Assembly (NCBI GenBank): GCA_965662295.1 | Contig: CBFIGS010000008.1 | Coordinates: 10,236 to 74,235 of the forward strand | Reading direction: 5' to 3' | Length of the DNA stretch: 64,000 bases | Origin: Polaribacter sp. | Lineage (GTDB): Bacteria; Bacteroidota; Bacteroidia; Flavobacteriales; Flavobacteriaceae | In this document: positions 28,671-38,713 of the stretch, piece by piece | Layout of the letters: each line of letters opens with the position of its first letter | Numbering within the stretch: position 1 is the stretch's first letter | The notes under the pieces: model-generated | The model's database searches: none | The model's input: only the letters and a program-made list of their open reading frames with translations | What the model was told of the DNA's origin: nothing | Translations under genes and position numbers: made by a program

Positions 28671-30701
28671 TTATTCGTTAACATGCTGTTTAAACACCTC
28701 TAAACCACATTCTAAAAACTGTGCATATTCATTTTCATCTGGCGTATATCCAACCGCTTGATTTAATATTTTAGACCCCTCAGAATTTAGCAAAACATAA
28801 TAGGGCTGTGAATTTATTTTAAAAAATTGAGTTTGGAAGTTCGCCCATTTATGTCCATAATTTTCTAATCTTCTTGTTCCTCCATTGGGTCTGTTTACAA
28901 GAAGTTGCTCTTCTACAGGCAATGTTTTCTTATCATCTACATAAAGAGAAATTAAAACAACATTATTTCTCAAATACCTATCAATTTTTTGAAGTGGCCA
29001 AACTTGCTCCTCCATTTTTCTACAATTTACACAGGCATACCCGGTAAAATCTAATAGAATTGGTTTTTCTACTTTTTTTGCATATTCAATTCCTGATTTT
29101 AAATCTTTAAAACAATCCAAATTATTCGGACAGTCGTTAGGGTACAAAAAACTATAACCAACCGGGGGTGCCAATCCACTTAATAAGGTCAACGGTGTAA
29201 AAGTTTTTGTCTCTTTATTTACCATAAAACCAGAAGCTAAATAAATGACAAAAGAGGCTACTAAAATACCTCCAATGATTCTTGAAAATGATATTTTTTT
29301 AATAGATGAGTCGTGAGGAAATTTTAATTTACCAAATAAATACAGCGCCAATCCGGTAAAAATTAAGATCCAAAGAAGCAAGAATGGTTCAATTTTTAAA
29401 AGGTTCCAGTGTGCTACTAAATCTGCATTCGATAAAAATTTAAATGCCAAAGCTAATTCTAAAAACCCTAAAATTACTTTGGTCGTATTGAGCCAACCTC
29501 CCGATTTTGGTAGCGCCTTAATCATATTGGGAAATAAAGCAAATAAAGCAAAAGGAAACCCAAGAGAAATTCCAAAACCTGCCATTCCTGCTGTCAATTG
29601 CCAAGCACCTCCGTCTGCTGTAAGTGATCCTGCTAAGAGCGATCCTAAAATTGGACCTGTGCATGAAAATGAGACAATTGCTAGCGTTAGTGCCATAAAA
29701 AATATTCCTATGAAACCTCCTGAACTCTCCCCTTGTGTGGTGGTGTTTGTCCAGCTTGATGGGAGTGTTAATTCGTAGTATCCAAAAAAAGAAAAGGCAA
29801 AAAAAACAAAGACTATAAAAAAGAGACTATTCAGCCAAACGTTGGTAGATATTTCATTCAAAATATCAGGATTTACGGAATCCAATAAATGAAAAGGAAT
29901 GCTTAAAATCACATATACCGCAAAAATAAAAAACCCATACAACAAAGCCTTTGAGATACCTGAACGATTATTTTGTCCATTATTTTTAGTAAAAAAACTA
30001 ACGGTCAAAGGAATCATTGGGAAAACACAAGGAGTTAGCAAGGCTAGAAGCCCCCCTAAAAACCCCAATCCAAAGAGGTTCCATAGAGAGTTCCCTCCCT
30101 TTTGTATTTCCGTAGAACTGCTCCGAACCTCCTCTTGGCATTTAATGGAAGATACAGTCATATCGGTGGTATCCATTCCATATAAAAGGGTATTCACCTC
30201 TTTGTTATCAATACGAATAGTGTTCTTATTTTTAATTGTAGAGGAAGAAATTCCTTTTTTTAAATAAAAAACCAACTCTATTTCTGTTGGAGCCAAACAC
30301 TTAGTGTCATCACATACCATAAATTCCACCACTCCTTTGATGGACTTTAAATCAGTTTTGGTTTGAATTTTTTGCCTAAAAATAGCCGTATTTTCAAAAA
30401 ATTTTATTTTCATTCCAAAAACAGGATCGTCTATAGTAACTCCTTCTTGTTCGGTAGTCCCCCCTTTTAAAGAATAGCGATTTTTAAGATTCTCAAAGGA
30501 AAATGATGTTGCTATGGGTCCGTCTTCAGGCACCTCTTGCGCATACAGATGCCAACCATCATCTATCGAAGCAGTAGAGACCAATACAAACTCGGTGTCT
30601 GAAATTTTCTCAACGGATGTCGCCCATTTTAGCGGTTCTTCTATTTGGGAAAAGATTCCTAAACTTAACGTAAGAAATACAAAAATAAATACATTTTTCA
30701 T
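28671..30701 (-). CDS. dsbD: Protein-disulfide reductase DsbD family
   Basis: GWHLYA, MVCDDTKC, LTPCVFPMIPLT, FSCTGP, LPKSGGWLN, thioredoxin domain FTGYACVNCRKME. Confidence 0.92.
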   Translation of the reverse strand: MKNVFIFVFLTLSLGIFSQIEEPLKWATSVEKISDTEFVLVSTASIDDGWHLYAQEVPEDGPIATSFSFENLKNRYSLKGGTTEQEGVTIDDPVFGMKIKFFENTAIFRQKIQTKTDLKSIKGVVEFMVCDDTKCLAPTEIELVFYLKKGISSSTIKNKNTIRIDNKEVNTLLYGMDTTDMTVSSIKCQEEVRSSSTEIQKGGNSLWNLFGLGFLGGLLALLTPCVFPMIPLTVSFFTKNNGQNNRSGISKALLYGFFIFAVYVILSIPFHLLDSVNPDILNEISTNVWLNSLFFIVFVFFAFSFFGYYELTLPSSWTNTTTQGESSGGFIGIFFMALTLAIVSFSCTGPILGSLLAGSLTADGGAWQLTAGMAGFGISLGFPFALFALFPNMIKALPKSGGWLNTTKVILGFLELALAFKFLSNADLVAHWNLLKIEPFLLLWILIFTGLALYLFGKLKFPHDSSIKKISFSRIIGGILVASFVIYLASGFMVNKETKTFTPLTLLSGLAPPVGYSFLYPNDCPNNLDCFKDLKSGIEYAKKVEKPILLDFTGYACVNCRKMEEQVWPLQKIDRYLRNNVVLISLYVDDKKTLPVEEQLLVNRPNGGTRRLENYGHKWANFQTQFFKINSQPYYVLLNSEGSKILNQAVGYTPDENEYAQFLECGLEVFKQHVNE

Positions 30702-30855
30702 AGGGTAAAATCTACTGCAAAAAAAACTATTTGAAACTAGAAAAACCATGTTTAGGTTCTTAGAGAATTCAAAGGTACTTAATTAAAAATACTTGATTTC
30801 ATGAAAAAGGAAATTTAACAAAAATGTAGTTTCAACACTCCTAACTTAGGAAATC

Positions 30856-32406
30856 CTATACCGATTTTTCTACAAGCTCCAACTCCAATTCTTCAAGTGA
30901 TTTCCCTTTGGTTTCTGGGACTATTTTTATCATAATGAAAAAACCTACAAGTGCAATGATTCCGAAGATAAAAAACGTAAGTGCATTTCCTAAATTGGAT
31001 AGCTCCCAAGGAAATATAAGCTGAACTAGAGAACTGATCAATGAATTTACAAAAGCAATGACGCCAATTGCGAGACCCCGGTACTTTAAAGGATATAATT
31101 CTGACAATAACACCCACATAACAGGCCCCAATGAAAATGCAAAACAAGCGATAAAACCTAAAATCCCTATCAATATTAAATTGGCATTAATCTTAGTAGC
31201 TACCTCTAAAATAGCTCCGTCATTTTTACTGTATATTTTATTTCCTAAAACCGCTTTTATTTCTTTTTTGAAAGTAAGATCATTCTCATATACTTTGTTC
31301 GCAAAAGGAAGTAGTTTTTGTGATTCCGAGAACTCTAATTGGTTAATTTTTTCGGTTGTTAATTGATAAGTCGCTTGATTAAACCCATAGGCACACAACA
31401 ATAAACTAACTGCAATACCTGCTGTACCGATTAAAAGTAGGGGTCTTCTACCCATTCGATCTATCAAATAAATCGCTGCAAAGGTAAAAAGTACAGAAAT
31501 TGTACTTAACAGAACTCCCGACGAAAAAGCAGCATCTGTTCCGATTCCTGTTTGCTTAAAAATTGAGGTTGCATAAAAATAAACTGCGTTTATACCTGTA
31601 ATTTGTTGAAGGACTCCAATAATTAATCCTACGATTAAAATAAAACGCAGTGAGGGTTTTAATAAATCTTTGAGCTGCAAGTCGGCCTTGTTTTTTTCGG
31701 CATCAATATTGCTATCAATCACATCAATTTCTATACGTCCTCTATCCAAGCCATGAATTTCAGTTAATACTTTTTTGGCTCCTTCTAAATTACCTTTTAA
31801 GTATAACCAACGAGGACTTTTCGGAACAAAGAACAAGAGAACAAAATAACATAATGCAGGAATTAACTCTACTCCTAACATCCATCTCCAAACATTTTGA
31901 TCTGTTAAAAAAGCACTTTCTGAAGTATTGTATTTATTGAAAAAATAATTGCTTAAAAATGCCGCAAAAAATCCAAAAACAATATTTAATTGCTGCAAAG
32001 AAACCAGTTTCCCTCTGTTTTCTGCTGTTGAAATTTCTGCAATGTACATGGGTGCTAAAACCAACGCAGCACCAAAAGCAATACCTCCAATAATTCTTGC
32101 GACATACAACATTTCATAAGAAGTGGCCATGGCAGATAAAACTGCAGAAATTGCATACAAAAAAGCAACAAAAATGAGGGTTTTTTTTCTTCCGATATGG
32201 TCACTTAACCTTCCAGAAAATAACATCGCAAACATCGCTGCAAATGAAGGTGCACTCACTACCCATCCTGATTGAATTTCATTTAAATTAAATTCAGGAC
32301 CAGCAAAAGACATGACCCCAGAAATAATTCCTGCATCAAAACCAAATAAAAATCCTCCCAATGCAACAATAAAACTGATAAAAATAGTGTAGGTCTTGTT
32401 ATTCAT
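30856..32406 (-). CDS. MFS sugar porter (probable glucose/H+ symporter)
   Basis: GGFLFGFD, SDHIGRK, YIAEIS...RGKL, QQITGIN, DRMGRRPLL, PETKGKSLEE. Confidence 0.93.
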   Translation of the reverse strand: MNNKTYTIFISFIVALGGFLFGFDAGIISGVMSFAGPEFNLNEIQSGWVVSAPSFAAMFAMLFSGRLSDHIGRKKTLIFVAFLYAISAVLSAMATSYEMLYVARIIGGIAFGAALVLAPMYIAEISTAENRGKLVSLQQLNIVFGFFAAFLSNYFFNKYNTSESAFLTDQNVWRWMLGVELIPALCYFVLLFFVPKSPRWLYLKGNLEGAKKVLTEIHGLDRGRIEIDVIDSNIDAEKNKADLQLKDLLKPSLRFILIVGLIIGVLQQITGINAVYFYATSIFKQTGIGTDAAFSSGVLLSTISVLFTFAAIYLIDRMGRRPLLLIGTAGIAVSLLLCAYGFNQATYQLTTEKINQLEFSESQKLLPFANKVYENDLTFKKEIKAVLGNKIYSKNDGAILEVATKINANLILIGILGFIACFAFSLGPVMWVLLSELYPLKYRGLAIGVIAFVNSLISSLVQLIFPWELSNLGNALTFFIFGIIALVGFFIMIKIVPETKGKSLEELELELVEKSV

Positions 32407-32436
32407 ACGATATGTTAAATTTTAAAAACAGTAAAT

Positions 32437-33912
32437 TTAGTAAATTATTGATTGCATTGCACGTGGTTGTATTTCTAAAAATGTTTCACTCTCTCCAACA
32501 ATTAATTTGTAACCGATTTTCTGATTCGTTTTATTCATCACTACCGTTATGATTTCTCCATCTGGATTTTGGAAAGAAGTGCTTTCTATAGATGTTCTAC
32601 TAGTGGTTGTACTCACTCGCAAAGCTCCAGGTTTTATAAATTTTGAAAAATGCCCAATGTAATAATAGGTTGGTGTAAATGTAAGTTCTCCAGTTTTTGT
32701 ATTGGCATGAATGGGTGCAAAACAGAAATTTTGAACGTGATTTGGCCCCCCTCTTTCGTCGAGTAAAATATTCCAATCTGTCCAACCGACAACACCACTG
32801 TTAAAATCATTGATCATCGAATTCCCATAACGCTCTGCATTGGGCCAAAAATGCAATCTCTCAGAATCAAACCCCTCTTGACAACCCTCTGTAAATAACA
32901 TATTTTTTGATGGAAAGGATTCGTTTATATTTTTTAAATTGTCATACTTAGGCAATCCTCCCGTCCATGTCTCATACCAATGAAACCCTATCCCCCAAGC
33001 ATATTTTGAGGCTTCAGGATCCTCAAAAATAGTATTTGCTCTCTCTGAAATTAAATCTCTATTATGGTCCCAAACAACAATTTTTTTATCGCCTAACCCT
33101 TCTTTTTCTAATGTAGGCCCTAAATAATTTTTTAAAAAATCACGCTCTTCATCTGCCGTATAAATACAAGACTCCCATCGTTGCACTGCCATGGGTTCAT
33201 TTTGAATGGTTAGCCCCCATACAGGAATTCCCTCTTCTTCATATGCCTTAATAAACTTCACATAATAATCTGCCCATGATTGACGAAATTCTGGAAGTAA
33301 CTTCCCTCCTTGCAACATATTTTTATTGGTTTTCATAAAGGCTGGAGGACTCCAAGGACTTGCATAAAAAACCACATCATCCTTGATTAAATCAATGGCT
33401 CTTTTTATAAAAGGGATTCTTTTTTCTTTGTCTTTTTCAATTGAAAACGTTTTTAAATCTGCATCTCCCTCCTCAATATAAGTGTGACTTCCTAAGCCAA
33501 AATCACTACTATGAATACTAGTTCTAATAATATTGTACCCAATCCCATCTTTACCGTATAAAGATTCTAATAATGTATCTTGTTGAGCAGCATTTAGGGT
33601 CGCAAAAACTTCTGATGAAGCATCAGTAATGGCACCACCAATCCCAAGGTATTTTTGAAATGTTTTTTTTGGATTTATAAAAACAGCCACCTCGGTCTCT
33701 AGAGGCTGAACCTTTTTCTTAAAAGTTTGTTCGGAGGTCTTAGACAATCTTAATTCTGTGTCTTTTGCTGTTGTATACACCTGAAGTGTTTTGTTGCTGT
33801 ATACTTTTGAGGAGGATACTGCTAAAGAATTACTTACTTCTTTCTCTTTTATATTGGAGCAGGATGCTATCAAAAGTACAAGGCCTATTCTTTTTAAATT
33901 ATTATATGACAT
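32437..33912 (-). CDS. GH30 glycoside hydrolase lipoprotein (probable beta-1,6-glucanase/glucosidase)
   Basis: Lipobox IASC; GIGGAITD, ASPWSPP, acid/base QNEP, WDHN, nucleophile FTEG, WTDWN, GGPNH. Confidence 0.9.
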   Translation of the reverse strand: MSYNNLKRIGLVLLIASCSNIKEKEVSNSLAVSSSKVYSNKTLQVYTTAKDTELRLSKTSEQTFKKKVQPLETEVAVFINPKKTFQKYLGIGGAITDASSEVFATLNAAQQDTLLESLYGKDGIGYNIIRTSIHSSDFGLGSHTYIEEGDADLKTFSIEKDKEKRIPFIKRAIDLIKDDVVFYASPWSPPAFMKTNKNMLQGGKLLPEFRQSWADYYVKFIKAYEEEGIPVWGLTIQNEPMAVQRWESCIYTADEERDFLKNYLGPTLEKEGLGDKKIVVWDHNRDLISERANTIFEDPEASKYAWGIGFHWYETWTGGLPKYDNLKNINESFPSKNMLFTEGCQEGFDSERLHFWPNAERYGNSMINDFNSGVVGWTDWNILLDERGGPNHVQNFCFAPIHANTKTGELTFTPTYYYIGHFSKFIKPGALRVSTTTSRTSIESTSFQNPDGEIITVVMNKTNQKIGYKLIVGESETFLEIQPRAMQSIIY

Positions 33913-33925
33913 CTCTTGTTAAAAA

Positions 33926-34792
33926 TTATATTCTATATTCATGTTTTACCCAATCTACTTCCATTACCCATTCTCCTTCCATGGGTGCATCGGTGATTTT
34001 AGCAAAATTTAAAATCGCAAACATCTTTTCTGGGTAGGCATCCCCTATTCCTTGATTTCGATAAATTTCTTTTTGATCAACTCTGTAAACAAGATCATTG
34101 TCTTCCCATTCAACAGAATACTCATGATATTCATTTAATAGCGTATCGAATCCTCTTCGTAAGGTCCACCAGTCGCCCTTATCACAAGTTCCAAGGCTTT
34201 TAATCGCTCCTGTTGTAAAATGATTTTTTTGATGATCTCCATGATGTTCGAAAATATCTATTTCACCAGAACCCGTCATAGGCCAACAAATATTTTCATC
34301 GGCTTCTTGAACAGGAGATTCATTATTTTGTGCACCGAGAATCCACCAAGCAGGAAACATACTCGATTCTCCGTTACTGTGAAGTCTCAATCTTGCAGTC
34401 CATTTCCCTTTGATAAATTCTTTTTTATTTTTAGAAACCACTCTACCCGCCACATATTGTGTTTCAGGATGTTGTTTCCCATATTTGTCAAAATTATCAC
34501 AAGGAAGTTTCTCTCCAACATTGACCACTTTCAACTTTAGTGAACCTTCACTTACTTCTCGGGTTCCAAATTCATTATCTGGAACATAACAATGGGTTTC
34601 GTTATTCACCCAAATACGTTGGTCTTGCCAATTATTGGAATTAAAACTATCAAAATTATCTAAAAAGTCAACTTTCCATTCTCTAGAACTGTCTACATTA
34701 GATACATTTTCCTTTTCTTTTGTCTTACAAGCAGTAAAGACAGCTGTTGCTACAACAAAACTTAACAACAGTTTATACTTTGATTTGTTCAT
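33926..34792 (-). CDS. GH16 glycoside hydrolase lipoprotein (probable endo-beta-1,3-glucanase)
   Basis: Lipobox FTAC; FPAWWILG, catalytic GEIDIFE, HEYSVEW, MEVDWVK. Confidence 0.85.
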   Translation of the reverse strand: MNKSKYKLLLSFVVATAVFTACKTKEKENVSNVDSSREWKVDFLDNFDSFNSNNWQDQRIWVNNETHCYVPDNEFGTREVSEGSLKLKVVNVGEKLPCDNFDKYGKQHPETQYVAGRVVSKNKKEFIKGKWTARLRLHSNGESSMFPAWWILGAQNNESPVQEADENICWPMTGSGEIDIFEHHGDHQKNHFTTGAIKSLGTCDKGDWWTLRRGFDTLLNEYHEYSVEWEDNDLVYRVDQKEIYRNQGIGDAYPEKMFAILNFAKITDAPMEGEWVMEVDWVKHEYRI

Positions 34793-34797
34793 GAATA

Positions 34798-37485
34798 TTA
34801 TTTTTTAATTATTTTTTTCTGAAAACGTTCTTTATCAGTATCTAAAAGAAGAAAGTAAATCCCAGATTTTAAATTTGATAACTGATATATATGATTGGAT
34901 AAATTGGGATCTAATTTTTTTACGACACGCCCATTTACATCTATAATTTTAAGGCTTCTAACTTTTTGTTGATTGTTTAAGTTTATTTGAAATTCTTCTG
35001 AGATCGGGTTTGGATTAAGGGTTGCCCTATTCTTTTTTGGATTCTCAAGACCTAAGCTACTTATAAATTTAAACTCAAACCAATTCATATTGAATCCCGA
35101 CTCTAGGACTTTCATTTTTAAAGAATAGACCCCCGCATTTAGAACGGTTTCTGTAGTTGTCGTTTGCCAAGATTGCCAACCTCCAGTAACAGGCAAATCT
35201 AAAACTGAGATACTTTGCGTAACAGCACCGTTGGTTAGTTGAAATTCTATTTTTCCCGTATCCCATTGTGCAGCGGTTCTCACATTTAAATTATAGTTCC
35301 CGTCATCAGACACATAAACTAAATACTCTGCATAATCGCCATTATCTGTATACCCAATATTGAGTCCTGCTCCTGAATCTGAAGTATCCTCTATTTCCAA
35401 TCCAAATTGATTGGTAAAATCTTCAGCTTGTATTTTTCCAGGGATTTGTAACCTTGTTATTAAGTTATTATCAACCACCAACCCATTAAATGTATTTAGT
35501 GATGTATTGTATATTGATTTTACAACACTTCCCGTATAGCTTACATTAATAACGTCCTGATAAAATAAATAATCCATCAATTTTATAGTAATTCGTCTAT
35601 TGTTGTCAGTATCTATGACTACTGATTCAATGGCCACTTCTTCATTATTAACTATTACTTCAAACAAATCATTTGTGAGTGTTTGATTTGTTATAGGATG
35701 ATTTAAAACTATTTGTATGGATTTTTCATCATTGGCTGTACTTGAACTCAACTCTTTAAATTCAGGAACTTCTGAAGTTTTGATGAACTCAAGACTGCTC
35801 ATATTAACTTCTCTGTTCCCATCAATTTGAACTTTGAGGACATGTGTTCCTTCTTCTAAATAAGAATTATTTATCGTATGATTTACAAAATTATTCCAAC
35901 CTCCTGTACTTCCCAAAGTAACATTTCCAGCAATATCAACCTCATTGATAAAAAATTCAACTTTTGCACCAGATTGAGGTGATGCATACCTAAACTTAAG
36001 GGTATAAAAACCTGTTTCTGCAATATGAAGGGTGTATTTTAGCCATTCATTATCTTTTGTGTACGCAATATGATATCCATTACTATTTATTGCATCTGAG
36101 TTTGTTTGAATATCTACACCATCATTTCTATATGCCCACCCAGAATTCCAGGGCTGATAATCTTCTCCTGAAGACAAGGTATAGTTTCCATAATCGGTGT
36201 CATTATAGGCAATCCCATTGGTTCCCATATCGTAATCAGACAAATAAACGACTCCAGGGATGCTATGATTGGCATATGGTATGTGTGTTTCGTCTTGTGG
36301 TTGTCTTAACATCGCATCAATAACATCTTTGTAATACACATTGTTGTCCACCAACAAATCTGTCGTTAATTGAGTCAATCCTTGCACTGCGACATCAACG
36401 GAGGGCTTTGAACCTTCCCCTTTCCAGTACTTAAGAATCGCTTCATAATTGGCATTGGATTTTATTGAGTAAGGACAAACGATGGTCTGAATTCTTTTCC
36501 AGGGCCACCAAGCCCAACCAATATCGTTGTCTTCCAATAAGTTGATAGCTTCTGTAAACCAAACGTTGGAGTTCTCTCCTGATTCACCGAGCCAAAGAGG
36601 AACATTGTGCTGGGCTCTGATATCCAAAACCCATTGAATGGAAGCCGTATCGTTATAGGTCCAATATTTATGGGGACTGTAAACCATATTGGCATCCCAT
36701 GGAGGAGTCAAACCAGAAAAATCGTTGGCAAATCCGTTCCCCTCAATAAAAAGAATATGATTCGAATCTACGGCCCTAATTTCATTTGTAATTCTAACAT
36801 ACAACTCGCGTAATACATTCGATCCTAATGGCCAATTTACTTCGTTCAGTAAATCATAGCCTCCAATCCATTGTTTGTCTTTATACCTTGTTGCCAACTT
36901 ACCCCATAATGCGACGGTTTTACTTTTATTAAATTCACTTTCCCACAACGAAGGTTTTGTATCATCGTAATCTGAAATAGCAGCATCTTTCCCCTGGCCT
37001 CCTGGAGCAGCATGTAGATCTAAAATTAAATATATTTGATTGGACTCACACCATGACAGAAGTTCATCAACCATCTCAAACCCTGTATCTAACCAAGTGT
37101 TTTCTCCCGCAACAGGTTCCTTTTCTATAGGCAGAGTAAAAAGGTTGTAATGCATTGGTAGGCGTATGCTATTAAACCCCCACTTTGCAATAGAATCTAC
37201 ATCTCGTTTTGTTACAAAATTCTGACGCCAATTTGAATAAAACTCTTCGGTCTTTTCAGCGCCAATAAGTGTCGTTAATTTTTCTATGAACTCATGTTGG
37301 GTATCTGCTCCTCCTGAAGAGTTCATCATATACCCTTCTTGCAACATCCACCCTCCTAAGCCAACTCCCTTCAATAGGACAGGATCTCCATTCGAATTAA
37401 TTATTTTTTTTCCAAGAGTTCTTAATCCTTGAGAATTTGCAGAGAGTACAAAAACAAGAAAAACATGTATCAAATATTTTTTCAT
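34798..37485 (-). CDS. T9SS-secreted GH5 with two CBM6-like modules
   Basis: GLGGWMLQEGYM, IRLPMHY, DLHAAPGGQG, LLNEV, SPHKYW, GESGEN; YTKDNEWLKY and GYTDNGDYAEY CBM6-like repeats; C-terminal NPNP CTD. Confidence 0.9.
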   Translation of the reverse strand: MKKYLIHVFLVFVLSANSQGLRTLGKKIINSNGDPVLLKGVGLGGWMLQEGYMMNSSGGADTQHEFIEKLTTLIGAEKTEEFYSNWRQNFVTKRDVDSIAKWGFNSIRLPMHYNLFTLPIEKEPVAGENTWLDTGFEMVDELLSWCESNQIYLILDLHAAPGGQGKDAAISDYDDTKPSLWESEFNKSKTVALWGKLATRYKDKQWIGGYDLLNEVNWPLGSNVLRELYVRITNEIRAVDSNHILFIEGNGFANDFSGLTPPWDANMVYSPHKYWTYNDTASIQWVLDIRAQHNVPLWLGESGENSNVWFTEAINLLEDNDIGWAWWPWKRIQTIVCPYSIKSNANYEAILKYWKGEGSKPSVDVAVQGLTQLTTDLLVDNNVYYKDVIDAMLRQPQDETHIPYANHSIPGVVYLSDYDMGTNGIAYNDTDYGNYTLSSGEDYQPWNSGWAYRNDGVDIQTNSDAINSNGYHIAYTKDNEWLKYTLHIAETGFYTLKFRYASPQSGAKVEFFINEVDIAGNVTLGSTGGWNNFVNHTINNSYLEEGTHVLKVQIDGNREVNMSSLEFIKTSEVPEFKELSSSTANDEKSIQIVLNHPITNQTLTNDLFEVIVNNEEVAIESVVIDTDNNRRITIKLMDYLFYQDVINVSYTGSVVKSIYNTSLNTFNGLVVDNNLITRLQIPGKIQAEDFTNQFGLEIEDTSDSGAGLNIGYTDNGDYAEYLVYVSDDGNYNLNVRTAAQWDTGKIEFQLTNGAVTQSISVLDLPVTGGWQSWQTTTTETVLNAGVYSLKMKVLESGFNMNWFEFKFISSLGLENPKKNRATLNPNPISEEFQINLNNQQKVRSLKIIDVNGRVVKKLDPNLSNHIYQLSNLKSGIYFLLLDTDKERFQKKIIKK

Positions 37486-37503
37486 ATAAATTTTTTAAAA
37501 AAA

Positions 37504-38703
37504 TTATTGATTATCCAACCCGAATAAGGTTATTTCTGAACCCACTGTTATTTGAGTACTTCCATAATTTGAAGTAATCTGGAATTTTAGATATCTGAAA
37601 GCTTCAGAAGTATTTTCTAAACTAAATTCATGCCCATCGATTGCTTCTTGAAAAGCAGTTGCTGGAATTTCGCCCGCGCCATTTCTTGGGTCACCAATAT
37701 CAAATTCGCCGAGTAAATTCCATGTTTGAGCATCTGAACTGGCATACAAATTAAAAGACTTGATATTTTCTTCCTGATAATGATAAGTAACGCCACCACC
37801 TTGATACCAATAGGCCCTTTGCCAAACTATAAATCGTTGTATTTTCACATTCTTGTTAAGGTCAATAACAATATCCAAAGGAAAATTTAAGCTCCCACCA
37901 TTATTATCTCTTGTGGCAATAAAATAACTGTTATCTGCATCTGTTTCGACAGTATCAACCACGTCATCCCAAAAATTAACGGTTTTCCCTTCATAAGCAT
38001 TTCCATTGATAGATTGCCCGCTGACTAAAGTCCAAGTTGACTTGTCTATTTTCTCTTCAAAAAGAGGGGTATACCTTCCTTTTTCTTCCAACTCGGTGAT
38101 GTTCCCGTCAAAATCCTCAACTTTGGTCGAAATACTGATTTCTGAGGGTGCCAATCCTCTAATAAAAATACTTTCTTGTGCGTTATTAGAAGATAAGATT
38201 CTAATGACTTCATCAGCTCCTTCTAAAATATGTACGTATACAAACACTGTTTTTGAAGCAATATTTTCCCAGGTTATTTTAACACCTCCTAAATCTGGAC
38301 TTATTTGAATACTCTCTTGCACAAAAAAGATAAATGATTTTAAAGGTGTAAAATCAATAGATACCGTTTCAGAAACATTTTCATTCAAATCAACCACAAA
38401 TAATTTTACATTCACAGGAGTTAATTGACTTAAACCAGTAATTTCTACCGAAGTATTATGCTTGCTTGAGACTCTAAAAACTTCCTCTCCTTGTGAATTT
38501 GTATAAACTGCTTTTACATAGAGAATATCGTCATCCGAGGGAAGTGTATAAGAAATAATCCCTCCTCCATTGGTGGGTGTTACGGAAACATTAGAAAGCA
38601 CCCCTGGAGGAGATGTATCTAGATCCTCGTGATCAGAACATGATATAATTGCTGCGAAAATAAAGAGTAAAAAAAGTACCGCTTTGTTTAATTGTTTTTT
38701 CAT
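37504..38703 (-). CDS. PUL surface lipoprotein (DUF4959/DUF5126/DUF5000-type)
   Basis: Lipobox IISC with acidic +2..+7 residues; PTNGGGIISY, WQRAY, FRYLKF; lies directly after susD. Confidence 0.75.
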   Translation of the reverse strand: MKKQLNKAVLFLLFIFAAIISCSDHEDLDTSPPGVLSNVSVTPTNGGGIISYTLPSDDDILYVKAVYTNSQGEEVFRVSSKHNTSVEITGLSQLTPVNVKLFVVDLNENVSETVSIDFTPLKSFIFFVQESIQISPDLGGVKITWENIASKTVFVYVHILEGADEVIRILSSNNAQESIFIRGLAPSEISISTKVEDFDGNITELEEKGRYTPLFEEKIDKSTWTLVSGQSINGNAYEGKTVNFWDDVVDTVETDADNSYFIATRDNNGGSLNFPLDIVIDLNKNVKIQRFIVWQRAYWYQGGGVTYHYQEENIKSFNLYASSDAQTWNLLGEFDIGDPRNGAGEIPATAFQEAIDGHEFSLENTSEAFRYLKFQITSNYGSTQITVGSEITLFGLDNQ

Positions 38704-38713
38704 AATAATGTTT